Shown here: positions 12,443 to 23,787 of the stretch, in pieces
Numbering within the stretch: the first letter of the stretch is position 1
How the letters are laid out: every line of letters begins with the position of its first letter
NCBI GenBank assembly: GCA_008632985.1
Contig: QPGO01000169.1
Location: 124,001-161,300 of the forward strand
Direction: 5' to 3'
Length of the DNA stretch: 37,300 nucleotides
Origin: Psammoneis japonica
Taxonomy: Eukaryota
Notes under the pieces: generated by a model
Databases searched by the model: none
What the model saw: only the letters and a program-made list of their open reading frames with translations
Told to the model about the DNA's origin: nothing
Program-made: the position numbers and the translations under genes

Positions 12443-13528
12443 CTATTGAGGTGGCACACTGGCTTCCAACATTGAAAACTGCTCCGGCGAAAGATAGTGA
12501 TGAGTAATGTACTCATCTGGTTTATCTACAGTTTGAAAATTGAAATTAAACAGTGGTTCAGCATACATGTCAGCACCATGTATTCTCGCACATTCGTTGA
12601 ATACATGGTCATCACCACACTGTCTATTCCACTTTTGAGGCCAAAACAGAAGCGGTTGCTCATAGTCGGGCCGTGCGTCGACAAAGTTGCAATCTGTTCG
12701 ATTAACGTATCTTCGTGACATATCCTGGGTGCACTTTTGAAAATCCCTTGTCGACGTCATCGCCGAAGAACAGGTGGAAGTTAAAAGCTCTTGGCAGCTT
12801 TCGAATGAGCATTCAATGAACGGATCATTGTTGCATTCTGCGTTGTTGTTCGCCTTCAATCTTTGGTACAAGAAACTTGAATAACAAGAAAAGAGAGTAC
12901 GAGCATTATATTTCTCAACGAGCCCTCGACTAAACACAAGGACACCCCCCCAAGAAGGCGGCGTGCAACTGTACCAGAGCTTGTCGGGATTGTATTTGGT
13001 TTCGTTTGAACTTAGCAAGAGTTGCATTCTTGGAGCATGAAACCAAGCATCGTCGTCCACCAAAAAGTAGTATGACGCTTTCGGAAACTCCTCTCGCATT
13101 GTGAGAAGCAGATACAAAAATCTCATTTGTGTGCACCGATCTCGGGCAGTAAAGAGCTTTTCGTCATTTCCCAACAGTGGGCCCATACTAGAGTTGTGCG
13201 AACAATAATACTTTCCCGGCACGCCACGTATCCCCAACGAGGAATTCTCCTGGTCCCCCATGACAATGTTGTTGCGAAACCGCGAAAGAAACCCAGACAT
13301 GGTCCGAATTCGACGTACGGCGTTCGGCCCACCTGTATTAATTCCAACAACCCAAGAGTCTGTAAAGGATGAAGTGTAATTTGATGGTTTGGCCTGTGCT
13401 TTTGTTGAAACGGTTTCACTTGTCGCTTGCAGTCGATCAGGTCGATAGACGTACGGAAACAGCAGAAATTGGATAACGGATAATTGAATCAGTACAACAC
13501 AGATGGAATGGCCCATGTGCCGCGCCAT
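12443..13528 (-). CDS. Type II membrane glycosyltransferase, GT31/Fringe-like (paralog B), 361 aa
   Basis: Highly similar to 5552-6631, including an identical stretch from SWVVGINTGG to PLLGND and YYFLVDDDAWF. The start is placed at ATG 13528 (MARHMGHSIC), which aligns with MWRRIRHSIC of paralog A. Confidence 0.8.
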   Translation of the reverse strand: MARHMGHSICVVLIQLSVIQFLLFPYVYRPDRLQATSETVSTKAQAKPSNYTSSFTDSWVVGINTGGPNAVRRIRTMSGFLSRFRNNIVMGDQENSSLGIRGVPGKYYCSHNSSMGPLLGNDEKLFTARDRCTQMRFLYLLLTMREEFPKASYYFLVDDDAWFHAPRMQLLLSSNETKYNPDKLWYSCTPPSWGGVLVFSRGLVEKYNARTLFSCYSSFLYQRLKANNNAECNNDPFIECSFESCQELLTSTCSSAMTSTRDFQKCTQDMSRRYVNRTDCNFVDARPDYEQPLLFWPQKWNRQCGDDHVFNECARIHGADMYAEPLFNFNFQTVDKPDEYITHHYLSPEQFSMLEASVPPQ

Positions 13529-13869
13529 GGTTATTACGCAGTGCCTGTAAAGCAATAGTCGTCGACAGCACTGCAAAGATGCTGGTATTCGCCTTTGCTA
13601 ACTCATTGGTGCTGTAGCCATTCGATTACAGTAGAGTCTATGTATGTACGGTATTTTCGACTTTGTGAGCTTGCTTTTTGACTGTCGGATTGTCCAACGC
13701 ATGCCGTAACGCATGCGACCGTCCGTTGCGTTGCCGTTGCTTGAGACATCTCGCCGCGCGCTTGACCGCCGTCCGTTGAGAGGCCCCAGGACCCGGAGTC
13801 TCCAACGAGATCCACTGGCGAACGCAATGTTTTTCGCCACCAAACAATGATTGGGGTTTGCCGCAACAT

Positions 13870-15130
13870 TTTTTAGACTTGTTTCATGCAGCGTTCAATG
13901 AAAAAGAGAGAGTTGGAGGGCACCTTGCATCAAGTGAAAAAAGCTTTTGTTTGGAAAAGCTTTGCAGGAGACCTCCTCTGAGCCTCCCTCACATTTGTCT
14001 CGACTCTCATGCTGGTTTTCTTGAAAACAGCTGAGTTTTCTCTCATTGTGGTGTGCCCAGCACCATCGTGCAGCACCTTTGTGTGCATGGCTGCTGAGAC
14101 TGCACCTGGCAATGGCTGGAACCTGCACACCGCAATGGAGCAAAAATGATGATTTTAAATTTGGCACAGGTGGCTGCAATGACAAAGATCTCTGCAACGC
14201 ACTTGGGCAGTTGGAGCACAAGGAGGAGCTTTTCTCACATTTGATGTGGCAATGTCACAGCTTGCAGCATCTTGAATGACACGTTTGCACTATGAGACCC
14301 TGACTTTGGGGCTGTTGACATGGGTTGTTTGTGGTGTTTGAGAAGTGGTCGGCCTCACATGGGCAGAAATTTTTTGTCTTCATTTTTTCATGCTGCCCCC
14401 AATCTGCCATTTTCTTTCCAGCTCAGCACTTGGGCTGGAGAAGCAGGCAGCCTCATGACATGTGCTCGGGGCACACTTTGAACAATCAATGTGCTGCTGC
14501 TCTTTTTTTAGAAAGCAATGCAGCGGGCCCAGGGCTTTTGTCACATGCAGCCACCATGCAAAGTTGCTTTGGTGCACCATTTGCAAAGCTTTTTTTTGCT
14601 CTCTGAAGACAAGGCATTGTTGAAAAAGCTTTGACAAATGCTGCCAAAGTTCAAGACTCTAAAAATGAGATGTGCGCTCACAAATCTTGTCTGGTGTGCT
14701 GCTTTGTTGGCAATTTGAGGAAAATGTTTGCACAATCCACCAGCTGCAACAATGCACCTTTTGCCATTGAAAGCACCAGATGCATCTTTCCACTGCTGGA
14801 AAGGTTTCACACATCAGTTCAGCAGGAACACCATGGCCATCACTTGCCATGGTGGCAGCCACAACAAAAACCAGAGTGCGCGCAATTCCTTGAATGAACA
14901 TTGTGCTGTTGTCCAGCACCATTGTGGCAACAATGTTGACAGCAAGTGCTTTGCACTGCAGAGGAGCATTAGAATTGCACATGAATTGTCTGACAGCTCT
15001 TGTTGAAGCTTTCAAAAGGTTGTGTCCACGAACGCAGAACACTCACATTTTCCATCTGAAGCTGCACCAGCAATCTGGCAAAAACTGTCATGCTGGGAAC
15101 AATTGCATTGTCAGCGGGAAACCACCAAAA
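13870..15130. other. Degenerate block depleted of TpA and CpG, probably a TE remnant
   Basis: Sharp compositional switch on both sides. A CWAH-like string near 14050-14070 (-) is too weak to assign a family. Confidence 0.45.
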
Positions 15131-15309
15131 TCATTCGGATATCTGCACAATGTTATAAGTTAGGAGTATGTAGGATGGAGTTCTTGTCAAGATCCATCAA
15201 AATTCAGCAGTCGCGTCAAACGTCAACAACAGCGCATGTACGCATGTACGTGTGTGTTGAAACAACTTTAAAGTTGGAGACCAGAAAGGTAGAATCGATG
15301 AAGTGACGT

Positions 15310-16278
15310 CTATGTTGGCTCATGTATTGCTGGCACCCATGTAGAGGTGTTTGTTGCGTTCTGACCAAGCGACATGAACGGTGCCATAAACATCCAGTCG
15401 GAAAACATACCATAACCCTTATAGGGCGGTTTCACCAGCAGACACGGGGACGGGAATTCCTCCAAACAACCCTTTAACATTAGAGGCTGATCTTTGCCTA
15501 TAAACTTTGACTTGCGTTTTCTCAGCAACTTGTAAAACAAATCATGCCATCGCAAAAGTCCTTGAATGTACCCTCCGATGAAGCCGCCTCCGATAGACCT
15601 GTATACCTGAAGCATTACAATCTGTTCTTCTTGAAGTGCTGGAGGAATGTGCTGCAACATTTTCTGACCATTGTACGTGCCGTCTCTAAAGTAGCCAATA
15701 TCAACCCACGCAAAAAACTCTGACTGGAAATGGTTCATGTCGATTGCTCGTTTGACAAACTCAATCTTTGACAGCCATACCCAGTACACAAGATATGAAC
15801 GGTGAACCTCCTTTTCAGGGTCCATTGCATACTGCCTTTTCCAGAACCTCGAGCTGAACATCTTGGCTGTATTGGTTTCATTCAATTCCAAAATCACAAC
15901 CTTGGTCTTGTTTAAAGCATGGGCACGGCCCTGCAAAATACGCGGAGCAAGGTCGGCCGAGGTGAAAACTACCATGGGATCCTCGAGCAAAAGAAAGTGT
16001 TCAATCCACTGCCAGTACAATTTGTTACTGTGCTTTGAGTCAAATTCATAATAGGCCGTCACAACGGTGTTGTTGGCACCTTTGGAGTGGATCCCGGTCC
16101 GCTCATTCGACAACTCGAGAGACACATGACGCACTTCTTCAACTTCTGAGCCGATAAACACGTAAGAAGGCAAGGCGAGGCAAAGAACGGTAACCAGTAG
16201 ATACCTGACTATGGTGAAGCACTTTTTTTTAGACAACCCAATGTCCTCAAGCGAGATCCGCTTTGTCGTTTCGCTCAT
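15310..16278 (-). CDS. HtrL/YibB-like putative glycosyltransferase, type II membrane protein, 322 aa
   Basis: N-terminal TM segment. Motifs TVVTAYY, PMVVFT, Y..W.SK..FVKRAI..N.F.SEFFAWVDIG, GGGFIGG and GKDQ are typical of the HtrL_YibB family. Confidence 0.75.
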   Translation of the reverse strand: MSETTKRISLEDIGLSKKKCFTIVRYLLVTVLCLALPSYVFIGSEVEEVRHVSLELSNERTGIHSKGANNTVVTAYYEFDSKHSNKLYWQWIEHFLLLEDPMVVFTSADLAPRILQGRAHALNKTKVVILELNETNTAKMFSSRFWKRQYAMDPEKEVHRSYLVYWVWLSKIEFVKRAIDMNHFQSEFFAWVDIGYFRDGTYNGQKMLQHIPPALQEEQIVMLQVYRSIGGGFIGGYIQGLLRWHDLFYKLLRKRKSKFIGKDQPLMLKGCLEEFPSPCLLVKPPYKGYGMFSDWMFMAPFMSLGQNATNTSTWVPAIHEPT

Positions 16279-16788
16279 GACGAAACGTCACGTGAAAGCA
16301 CAAAGTCTTGCAGCGCACTAATGTAAGAGTGCTGGCACTGACTCTCTGAACACCAGCAATCTCCAACTCTTGTGGAAGAGCTATTGCAATAAAGTTTGCA
16401 TGCTTCGAACGTCACGTTGGAAGAAACTGGCTTTACACTGCTAAACGAACAACGCACGACGAACGCAACTAAACTACAATTGCGTCGATCCGACGCCCAA
16501 CGATAGTCTACATGCCGATTCCGATCACCGATCAAGTGCGCTTGAATGGGTCCAAGCTGGAAAGCAATGAAGCCCGCAAGTGATAGTGAACGGCACGGAA
16601 TTTCAATTTTCGCGGGAAATATGGATGATATACATGAGTTTATATCATATTTATTTTAATGTTGTAAATAATGGAAGATACGTCATTTTGGCGGGAAATT
16701 TGCGTCAGCGGCGCAAGCGTCAAAACTGAAGACACCATAACGAAACATCGGGCCGACAAACAGCGAAACCGAGCACAACGACGCCCAA

Positions 16789-17934
16789 ATGCCAATGACA
16801 TACGACCGACAGAGATCAAAGACGACGAGATCCAACATGTTGAAGAGAAAATGGAAGATATTTGCTTTCCTAGTGGTTGCTCTCTGCTGCATTGCTTTGT
16901 ACCCAGTCCTCTCTCTGGGTGTATTCTCGTCGCTTTCCATCGAAAACAAAGAACAAGCCCCAATAGTGAAAGAAGACCATGAGAACACCGAGTACGACAA
17001 CAAAAACATCAGCTCTTCCTTACCTGCCGAAACACTAAAAAGATGGCTCAACGGCACAATATCTCCTCCAAATACACCCGTGGCTTTTATTCATATTGGG
17101 AAAACGGGTGGGTCGACAGTGTCGTCTCAACTAGCAAATGGTTGTCACTCTTGGGTAAAAAAACCGTGCCAATTAGTTACAAACGAGACTCTGATAAGTC
17201 GCTTGTCTACGTATATGCACGTACCTGACTTTTACAATGGAATGATATCCAAACATCGCTATCGGGTTTACGTAATTTCAGTACGCGATCCCTTTTCCAA
17301 GTTTCTCTCCTCGTTCACATACGAGCATCCCGACAATGTCAAAGTTGCGGGGGGACCCTACGCGCTAAAACGGATTCGGCAGAATCAGCCCTTTTTTGAA
17401 CCCTGCTTCCCTTCGGTTGAATCGTTTGCTGAAGCGCTTGGGGATGGCGATCCTCTCGAGTATGACTACCCGTTTCCTGTCACCACAGTCAACAATACCA
17501 ACTGCACAAGCTTGGCACGAGCCGCCATGAATAATCGAGTCCGGGGTGGCCTTGAACACATGTATGCCAATACCAAGTTTGTTATTTCGCTGCTACCAGA
17601 AAACAGTCTGAGCAACTCTACGATACTGCTTTTGAGACAGGAAAATCTGTGGGGAGATTGGCAGGCAGCAAATCAATGGCTCGGTCAACCAGAGGACGAT
17701 GTTGCACCCTTTCCAAACGTACGGATACGAGATTACAGTACCGTTAAGCTACCCGTTTCCAAAAAGGTAAGTGCCCTTGGACAACAACGTTTATGTCGAG
17801 CCCTGGAACCAGAGTATCTAGTCTACCTAGATTTGGTTCGACGCGCATCGAATCTTGCAGCCAGTGACAAAGAACAAGCCCTGAAGCTTGCGCAAGAGCA
17901 CTGTCCATTACTAAATTTAACTCTCAGCGCATAA
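16789..17934 (+). CDS. Golgi-type (type II membrane) sulfotransferase, 381 aa; alternative start at ATG 16837
   Basis: TM segment IFAFLVVALCCIALY, 5'-PAPS-binding loop FIHIGKTGGSTV and 3'-PB motif SVRDPFSKFLSSF. Confidence 0.85.
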   Translation: MPMTYDRQRSKTTRSNMLKRKWKIFAFLVVALCCIALYPVLSLGVFSSLSIENKEQAPIVKEDHENTEYDNKNISSSLPAETLKRWLNGTISPPNTPVAFIHIGKTGGSTVSSQLANGCHSWVKKPCQLVTNETLISRLSTYMHVPDFYNGMISKHRYRVYVISVRDPFSKFLSSFTYEHPDNVKVAGGPYALKRIRQNQPFFEPCFPSVESFAEALGDGDPLEYDYPFPVTTVNNTNCTSLARAAMNNRVRGGLEHMYANTKFVISLLPENSLSNSTILLLRQENLWGDWQAANQWLGQPEDDVAPFPNVRIRDYSTVKLPVSKKVSALGQQRLCRALEPEYLVYLDLVRRASNLAASDKEQALKLAQEHCPLLNLTLSA

Positions 17935-18149
17935 TTCACACCTCTAGCTAGTAGAGTTAAAAACCACAGGAGGGTGATTTGTTCTCTGTTGTTGGGTGTG
18001 CTGTGTGATGCTGGCATGACACAAAACAGACGAGCAGCAAAACGCAAAACCCTGAAATGTAAACCACCAGTTGCAACTGGTCTGGGAGGTGAGAACACCT
18101 GGGAAATGCACCGCAGGTGCCCAACCTTGGTGTCGGGACTTTAACAAAC

Positions 18150-18570
18150 CAAAAACAACTGAAACACAAGTTCCATCAATGCTGGCTTGTTGTGATCTTG
18201 GTCAAAATGTCCACCAAAATTGTTTCTCCACCTTCTTTCCCAACTCTCCTCACAATGCCTGCAGCAACACCTTCTCTAACAGTGTGACCACTGGCCATGG
18301 TGTGCCACCAACATTCTTCACAACTCTGATGCTGGCACAAATTTGCTCAAAAGATCTTCAATTGGAGCACCAAGTGCTTGAATTCATGCTGAAATGCAAT
18401 GACCAGCAGCTCCTTGGCAATTTGTGAAGTGGCCAACTTGTTGCTCTCCTCACCAAGCCAGCTGATCAGAGCATGATGCTGTGCAAAAGTCATCATTCCA
18501 CTGTGCAATCTGTGCATGGTTCCATTTCCATCATGATTTACATTGTCAGCACAACCAACCAACACAGTGT
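18150..18570 (-). mobile_element. Decayed Ty1/Copia RNase H fragment within the TpA-depleted block at ~17960-18990
   Basis: CADNVNHDGNGTMHRLHSGMMTFAQHHALISW resembles FVDANHAGN.VTRRSHTG..IF.Q.API.W. It is followed by IAKELLV and then HTVREGVAAGIVRRVGKEGGETILVDILTK, which resembles the Copia RNase H C-terminus YH.VRE.VAAG...V.K.....NLAD.LTK. Confidence 0.8.
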
Positions 18571-19864
18571 GGGCTGATGTGCTGCCGTTTTTCTGAGGAG
18601 CTGCAAGGTGTTTGGACAGTGGTGCCCCCCCTCACACACACACACGCAAAAAAGCACAAAACGTGCGCCACTCTGTCTCCCCACCACCAAAACCCACTGG
18701 ACATGTGGAGAATGACAGCAACATGTGAGTGCATGTGCCAGAGGCCACTCAAGTCTGTGCTTCTTGCAGGAAAGTTCTGTGTCGCATGACCTCACACCAC
18801 CAGCAGCCGAGTCTTCTTCTCTTTCAGTTGTGCCGCGGCCCCACAGAACAGGAGCCAGCACTTTCTTCTGTTGCTTCACATTGCCAAAGCATGTCCTGGC
18901 TCTGACAAAGCAAGCAAATTTCACATGTCTCACCTTGTCCCAGATAAATGACCAAGTGGCATTGCAAACAATCAACCTTCTCTCTTGTCGCAATTTCTGA
19001 TGGAGAATTACAACCGAAGTTGAGCGTCATGAAGAGCAGGCGGCCAGACCGTAGGAATTTGCCTTTTCCGTCCGTCCCTCCGTCATAGCATCGCATCATG
19101 CACCATGACGAAGAAACCAAAAACGCCCGCGTTCAATGCCATTGTAGTACAATGGCTTTGTTACTGACATGGAGAGAGCCATCATGAGCAAGAAGTCTAT
19201 CCTGCATAACCCGTGGGTGCACTGAATTGTTTGATCCGATTCATGTAGTGCGGGGAAATTTTGCGGCACTGATGTGTGTCGGTGTCGGCCGAATATTAGC
19301 GGCGCAACGCGTCCTGTCAAACGGCACTTTTAGCACCTTTGTCGCATCTGACTTAATATTTTACACTGCGATGAAGGAGATATAGCGAGTGATGATCTAC
19401 AGATGTAATATTTCATTATGGTCGAGACTTTCTGTTGAGTTGTTCAATTGCTGATGCATGTTATACTGTGCGACTTGGTCACGCGTGATTCATGCCAAGC
19501 ACATTCGTACCGGTAAATCAACAAATTGCAATGCCAATCAAGAGTTAGAGCATTGAAACTTTCTTCATAAAAAGAGAGAACGGTCGATTTGTGGAGATTG
19601 AATTCAAATCTCTCGATTCATCATCTCTTTATGGACTTATCGTGTGACGCCGAACGGTCAAACAGCCACGTTGGACCACACTCTGTGTTTCTTTTCTCCT
19701 GAAACAGAGTACCAGGTTCCGTTTGATTATTGTCACAGGGCCTTGACTGTTGATGCTTCCTTATTGTTGCCTATTATGAAGAGATTAAAATTCAAGAAGA
19801 AACGCAACGGTGTTCACAAATCTCAAACAGCACACAACTTCGACAGAACGTGTTGGTGTCGACC

Positions 19865-22562
19865 ATGGGGACGGGTCCATCAAAGCAAGTGGAGACCCCG
19901 CCTAGACCTTTTGATCGCAACGAGAGCCGCTCATGCTTAGTTGTATCTCTCAAGAAGAAGAAGAAGTCGAAGAAGGGTAAACAGCGCGACACGTCTGTGC
20001 TGCTCCAACTTATTGCAAGGCGTGATTGGCAAAAGGCGTTGATACGAATGTCGCTTTTTCCTCGGGAGATTTCCACGATACAGAAAATGGACTTATACGG
20101 CGTAGAATGGGAGCTTTTACCTCTTCATTTGGCTTGTGCCTTGCAGCCTCCCACCGCCGTTGTTTCAAAGTTGATGGAGCACCATTCTGACACTGCTCGA
20201 GTGCCGATGATTCGTTCAAAGCAACAAGGTGAGTACATGTCTATCAAAATGAAGTCTTTTCCGGAAACATGCTCATATCATCTTTATTTTATCCCTTCAC
20301 CGGTTAAGGGGAACCTGGCATCTCCTCGATTTCCCGAGGCAAAAGCAAACGCCATCGGAGGAGTTTTGCATTGCTTGCTGGAAGAGGCTCAGGCAAGTCC
20401 TTTTCGTACTTTGAAGAGGGGTCTCGAACGTCGTATCCCAAGACATCACCCACAAAGACCCTCGCTACAGACCCTGAATCAATCGTTCCTTCTCCGCCTG
20501 CCAAGAAACGTCGAGGTGGAAAAGTGGCGTATATCAAAAAGTCCATGGGTAAAAAGCCGATGACGGCAAGGAAGCTATTTCAGGACAAGTCGACGGAAAA
20601 CGCGCGTTTGCCCAAAGAGGAGGACTCATTTGGCTCACTGACTGGTGAAGGCACAACATCAAACGGGCAGTTTCCGAAAAGATTGTTTCAGAGTTCGGTG
20701 GGAGATGAGCCCGACAGGTACTCAATGGTTGACGATACTGCGTCTTGGCACCTTCAGTTGTCTTATCATCGCACTCGCTGGGAGAAGGATCGCCTATCTA
20801 CTCTTTTGAAGACAGCCTCTCCGACGACGAAGACCCGGAAGTCGAGGATGGAGATAGCGTTGACAAGGCTCTAAAAACGAATGCTAGATGCTTGCAACTG
20901 AGTCCTTCAGGAGGGATCCTCACAGTTGAGCTAGACGAATCAGAGCAGCGTTCTTTAGGCGGTCAGGTGGATTTTCCGGAGTCTCTTTCCCCATCTCCCT
21001 GGCTAGATATCGAAAGACAGAGGCTAGACGTTGAACAAAAGGCTCAAGGCGAGAGGAATGATTCTTTACTTGCCGATACGGCAATTGCGGACCTCGATCG
21101 AATTCTCGAGAATGCGGATGATCTTCTCCCCCTCTTCATTGCCTGTCTCTATCGTGCGTCACCTCACGTAATCAAATGTCTTCTCGACGCGCACCCAAAA
21201 GCTGCTCAAACTTCAAACCCGTCGTTTGGAATGCTTCCCATTCATGTCATTTGCTCCAACCTTTCCTTACCGTCGCCTTGTCCGCCTCCAAGCCCTGCTA
21301 TTCCGAACACGAATGGCCTATCCATCGGCGAACAAGACTGGAGCTTGGTGAGGCTTGAAGTAGTCCGCGAGTTGCTTGACGCATTTCCAGAGGCTCGAGT
21401 GTCTCCTAGCGTGCACAAAAACATGACACCATTCGAGTATGCACAACGGTATATGGAAGCTGATGGTGAAAAGGGCAAATGTCTTGATCTGCTTACGGCA
21501 TCTTTTGTACCAAATGGTGGTGCCGTCGCCCTGCGTTCAGACTTCGTTCACTCCATGGATTCATCATATCAAGGACCGTCTGACGAGAATGACAATACTT
21601 TCAATGCACATGAAAGGTAAGGAACGTTGTGGGTTTGCATTACTCAATAGTTTCTGGTACAGTCACTGAATGCAAGTTCTTTTTTTGCTGTATGCTCGTA
21701 TGGTAGAAGGGAAGAAGGAAGCTTCAAACAGAAGGCGTTTCCAGTACCATCCGTCATCCAGTACGACGACGGCATGGCTCGATCTGTAGACAGTGGTTTT
21801 GTCAGTCATGACTATGTCGAGCCTGAACGTTTCGTAGGCACTCAGCTGTACATCCACATTATTAACAAGGACTGGGATGGATGCCGTCACATTCTGAAGG
21901 AAGACCCTCATCAAGCCACCGTATGGCGTTATGGCGTGAATGTTGATTCGAGGGGGGGTCAGCTGCTCTGGAAGCGACTCCCACTTCACGATGCGTGCAC
22001 TCTGGCGACCCCCGTTGACGTTATTGTCTCCTTGATTGACGCTTTTCCCGAGGCGTTGACGTCCCCTGACATGTACAGTGGTGCGCTCCCTCTGCACATG
22101 GCTTGTCGATACAAAGCTTGCGTTGATGAGGCGATAATGGCTCTGCTACATGCTTCCCCCGTGGCTGCCAAGACCCATGACCTGCAGGGCTGCCTGCCCC
22201 TTCATTTACTCTGCATGACTCAAGGGAATTTAGAAGTCGTCAAGAAACTAGTGGATGCTCACCCAGCAGCTGCGTGGATGAGAGACAATTCAGGTATGCT
22301 ACCGGTCGATTATGCCCAGTCGTGCAACTTCGTTCGGGATGCCAACTCTGCTGAGTTGCCGCAACCCAGCGCCCTTGTTGACTTTTTCAAGACGTTGCCC
22401 GCTTCTACTTCATCTCCGAAACACAGACGCGAGAGGGTTAACATAATTTCTGATGCTGCAGGTCGATCGATCATGATTGGTGGTGGCTCAGAAGACATCC
22501 CGAGGACGATCTGTGAAGTGTTTCCGACCTTGCCATTGCTGTCCGAGCCGCGCGAATTATAA
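19865..22562 (+). CDS. Spliced protein with ankyrin-like LPLH..C repeats and an N-myristoylation-like N-terminus
   Basis: ATG at 19865 (MGTGPSK). Introns 20229-20308 (GTGAGT..TAAG) and 21617-21706 (GTAAGG..TAG) both join the ORF pieces in the correct phase. One unresolved frame break near 20744. Repeats include LLPLHLACA, LLPLFIACL, MLPIHVIC, LPLHDACT, LPLHMACR and LPLHLLC. Confidence 0.75.
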
Positions 22563-22713
22563 AGGAAATGTTTCAGTATCTACAGAAAGTGCGCAACCGC
22601 GTTATAAATACAAACAGAGACGTTAGCCCTCTTGTTGTCTCTAAAATTGGTCTAGTTATGCGAGATTTCAGCTTATTATTGAAGCAACTCTCCTCCATTA
22701 TTTGTATACAGGG

Positions 22714-23787
22714 TTAATCTCCCTTTTCTTGCCATGAACTCACCCATTCTTCAAACCGCCTAGACATATTGTGACATTGTGTCGCTGGCAAGTTTCCCTC
22801 TTGTGGTCTGGCTACAAACGCTTCTAGTTCTTCCAAATCAAGGGGGCCACTTCTTTCCTTAAATTGTATCTCAATATTTTCCAGCCTGTCTTCAGCATTG
22901 AGAAAAAGCGACATGCCCGGAACGTAAGGAGCGTATTGCTGCAATACCAAGTTCTTGATTTCATCCTTATCTATACCTCTAGGGTACTCTCGGTGCTTTT
23001 GATTCACACACGTGAACTGCATGGGCACCACCGAAGACAAATGCCAACAGGCCCTGAGCAGCAGAAAAAGCGCCGCTTGGCTGTGCCACTCAGACATGCC
23101 AGGAGGTAAGGTAACGTACGGCAAAATGTGTGGGACATGAGACCGAGAGAACACGTTTAGAATGGCATCAAAGGACGATGTAGTTATGAAGGATTTCGTG
23201 CTGTTTGCTGCTGGGAGACCTTCTATATTTCTCTTTTGACCATACTGAAACAACGCCGTCATGGGACTATTATTTGAAACGACGAGGAGCGTTTCAAGAA
23301 AATGCAAAAACCGCCGCCAACAGGTCTTGACGCTGCTTTCAAAAGGATCATCACAACGAAGCATGGCATCATCGTCGGCAAAGATCCAGTCGGTGAAGTT
23401 TTCACCCCGCCGTTCTTCCTCGATGTACGCGTAGCGTGCAAGAGCATTGCGCCCCGATGTCCAGGTGGTATTCGGAATGAATGTCCGCCGACAGTGGCGC
23501 CGCGACAAACGATCGTTAACAGGCTCGTCATAAGACCCATACACCAAAAGCAGTGACTCGGGGACTAGGGGGGAATTCAGCTTTTGTGCGAGCCAACACC
23601 ATTTGGAAAATTGGGCAGCGGGACCTTGCACCATCAAAACGTGTGTAGCGGTATCGTTTGCACGCTTCAAGACAAACTGCTGTCCATGACGGCTCCAAAA
23701 ATCCAACAGCATTTCCTTCCAGAAGAATGTGATGCAACCATAGATGGCAACAGCAGTTAAAACCGTTTTGACGACGGTGGGCGCCAT
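22714..23787 (-). CDS. Type II membrane protein with a DxD motif, putative GT-A fold glycosyltransferase, 357 aa
   Basis: First ATG at 23787 (MAPTVVKTVLTAVAIYGCITFF, TM segment). Contains PNTTWTSGRNAL and WIFADDD motifs. Intact ORF with normal composition. Confidence 0.65.
   Translation of the reverse strand: MAPTVVKTVLTAVAIYGCITFFWKEMLLDFWSRHGQQFVLKRANDTATHVLMVQGPAAQFSKWCWLAQKLNSPLVPESLLLVYGSYDEPVNDRLSRRHCRRTFIPNTTWTSGRNALARYAYIEEERRGENFTDWIFADDDAMLRCDDPFESSVKTCWRRFLHFLETLLVVSNNSPMTALFQYGQKRNIEGLPAANSTKSFITTSSFDAILNVFSRSHVPHILPYVTLPPGMSEWHSQAALFLLLRACWHLSSVVPMQFTCVNQKHREYPRGIDKDEIKNLVLQQYAPYVPGMSLFLNAEDRLENIEIQFKERSGPLDLEELEAFVARPQEGNLPATQCHNMSRRFEEWVSSWQEKGD

Noticed and set aside
14040..14100. 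HKGAARWCWAH as a MULE or IS66-type transposase motif
   Set aside because: It is a single short motif in sequence biased toward Cys, His and Trp, with no supporting DDE context.
17961..18060. AGGAGGGTGATTTG as a polypurine tract plus LTR start
   Set aside because: It is in the opposite orientation to the adjacent RNase H fragment, and no second LTR copy is visible.
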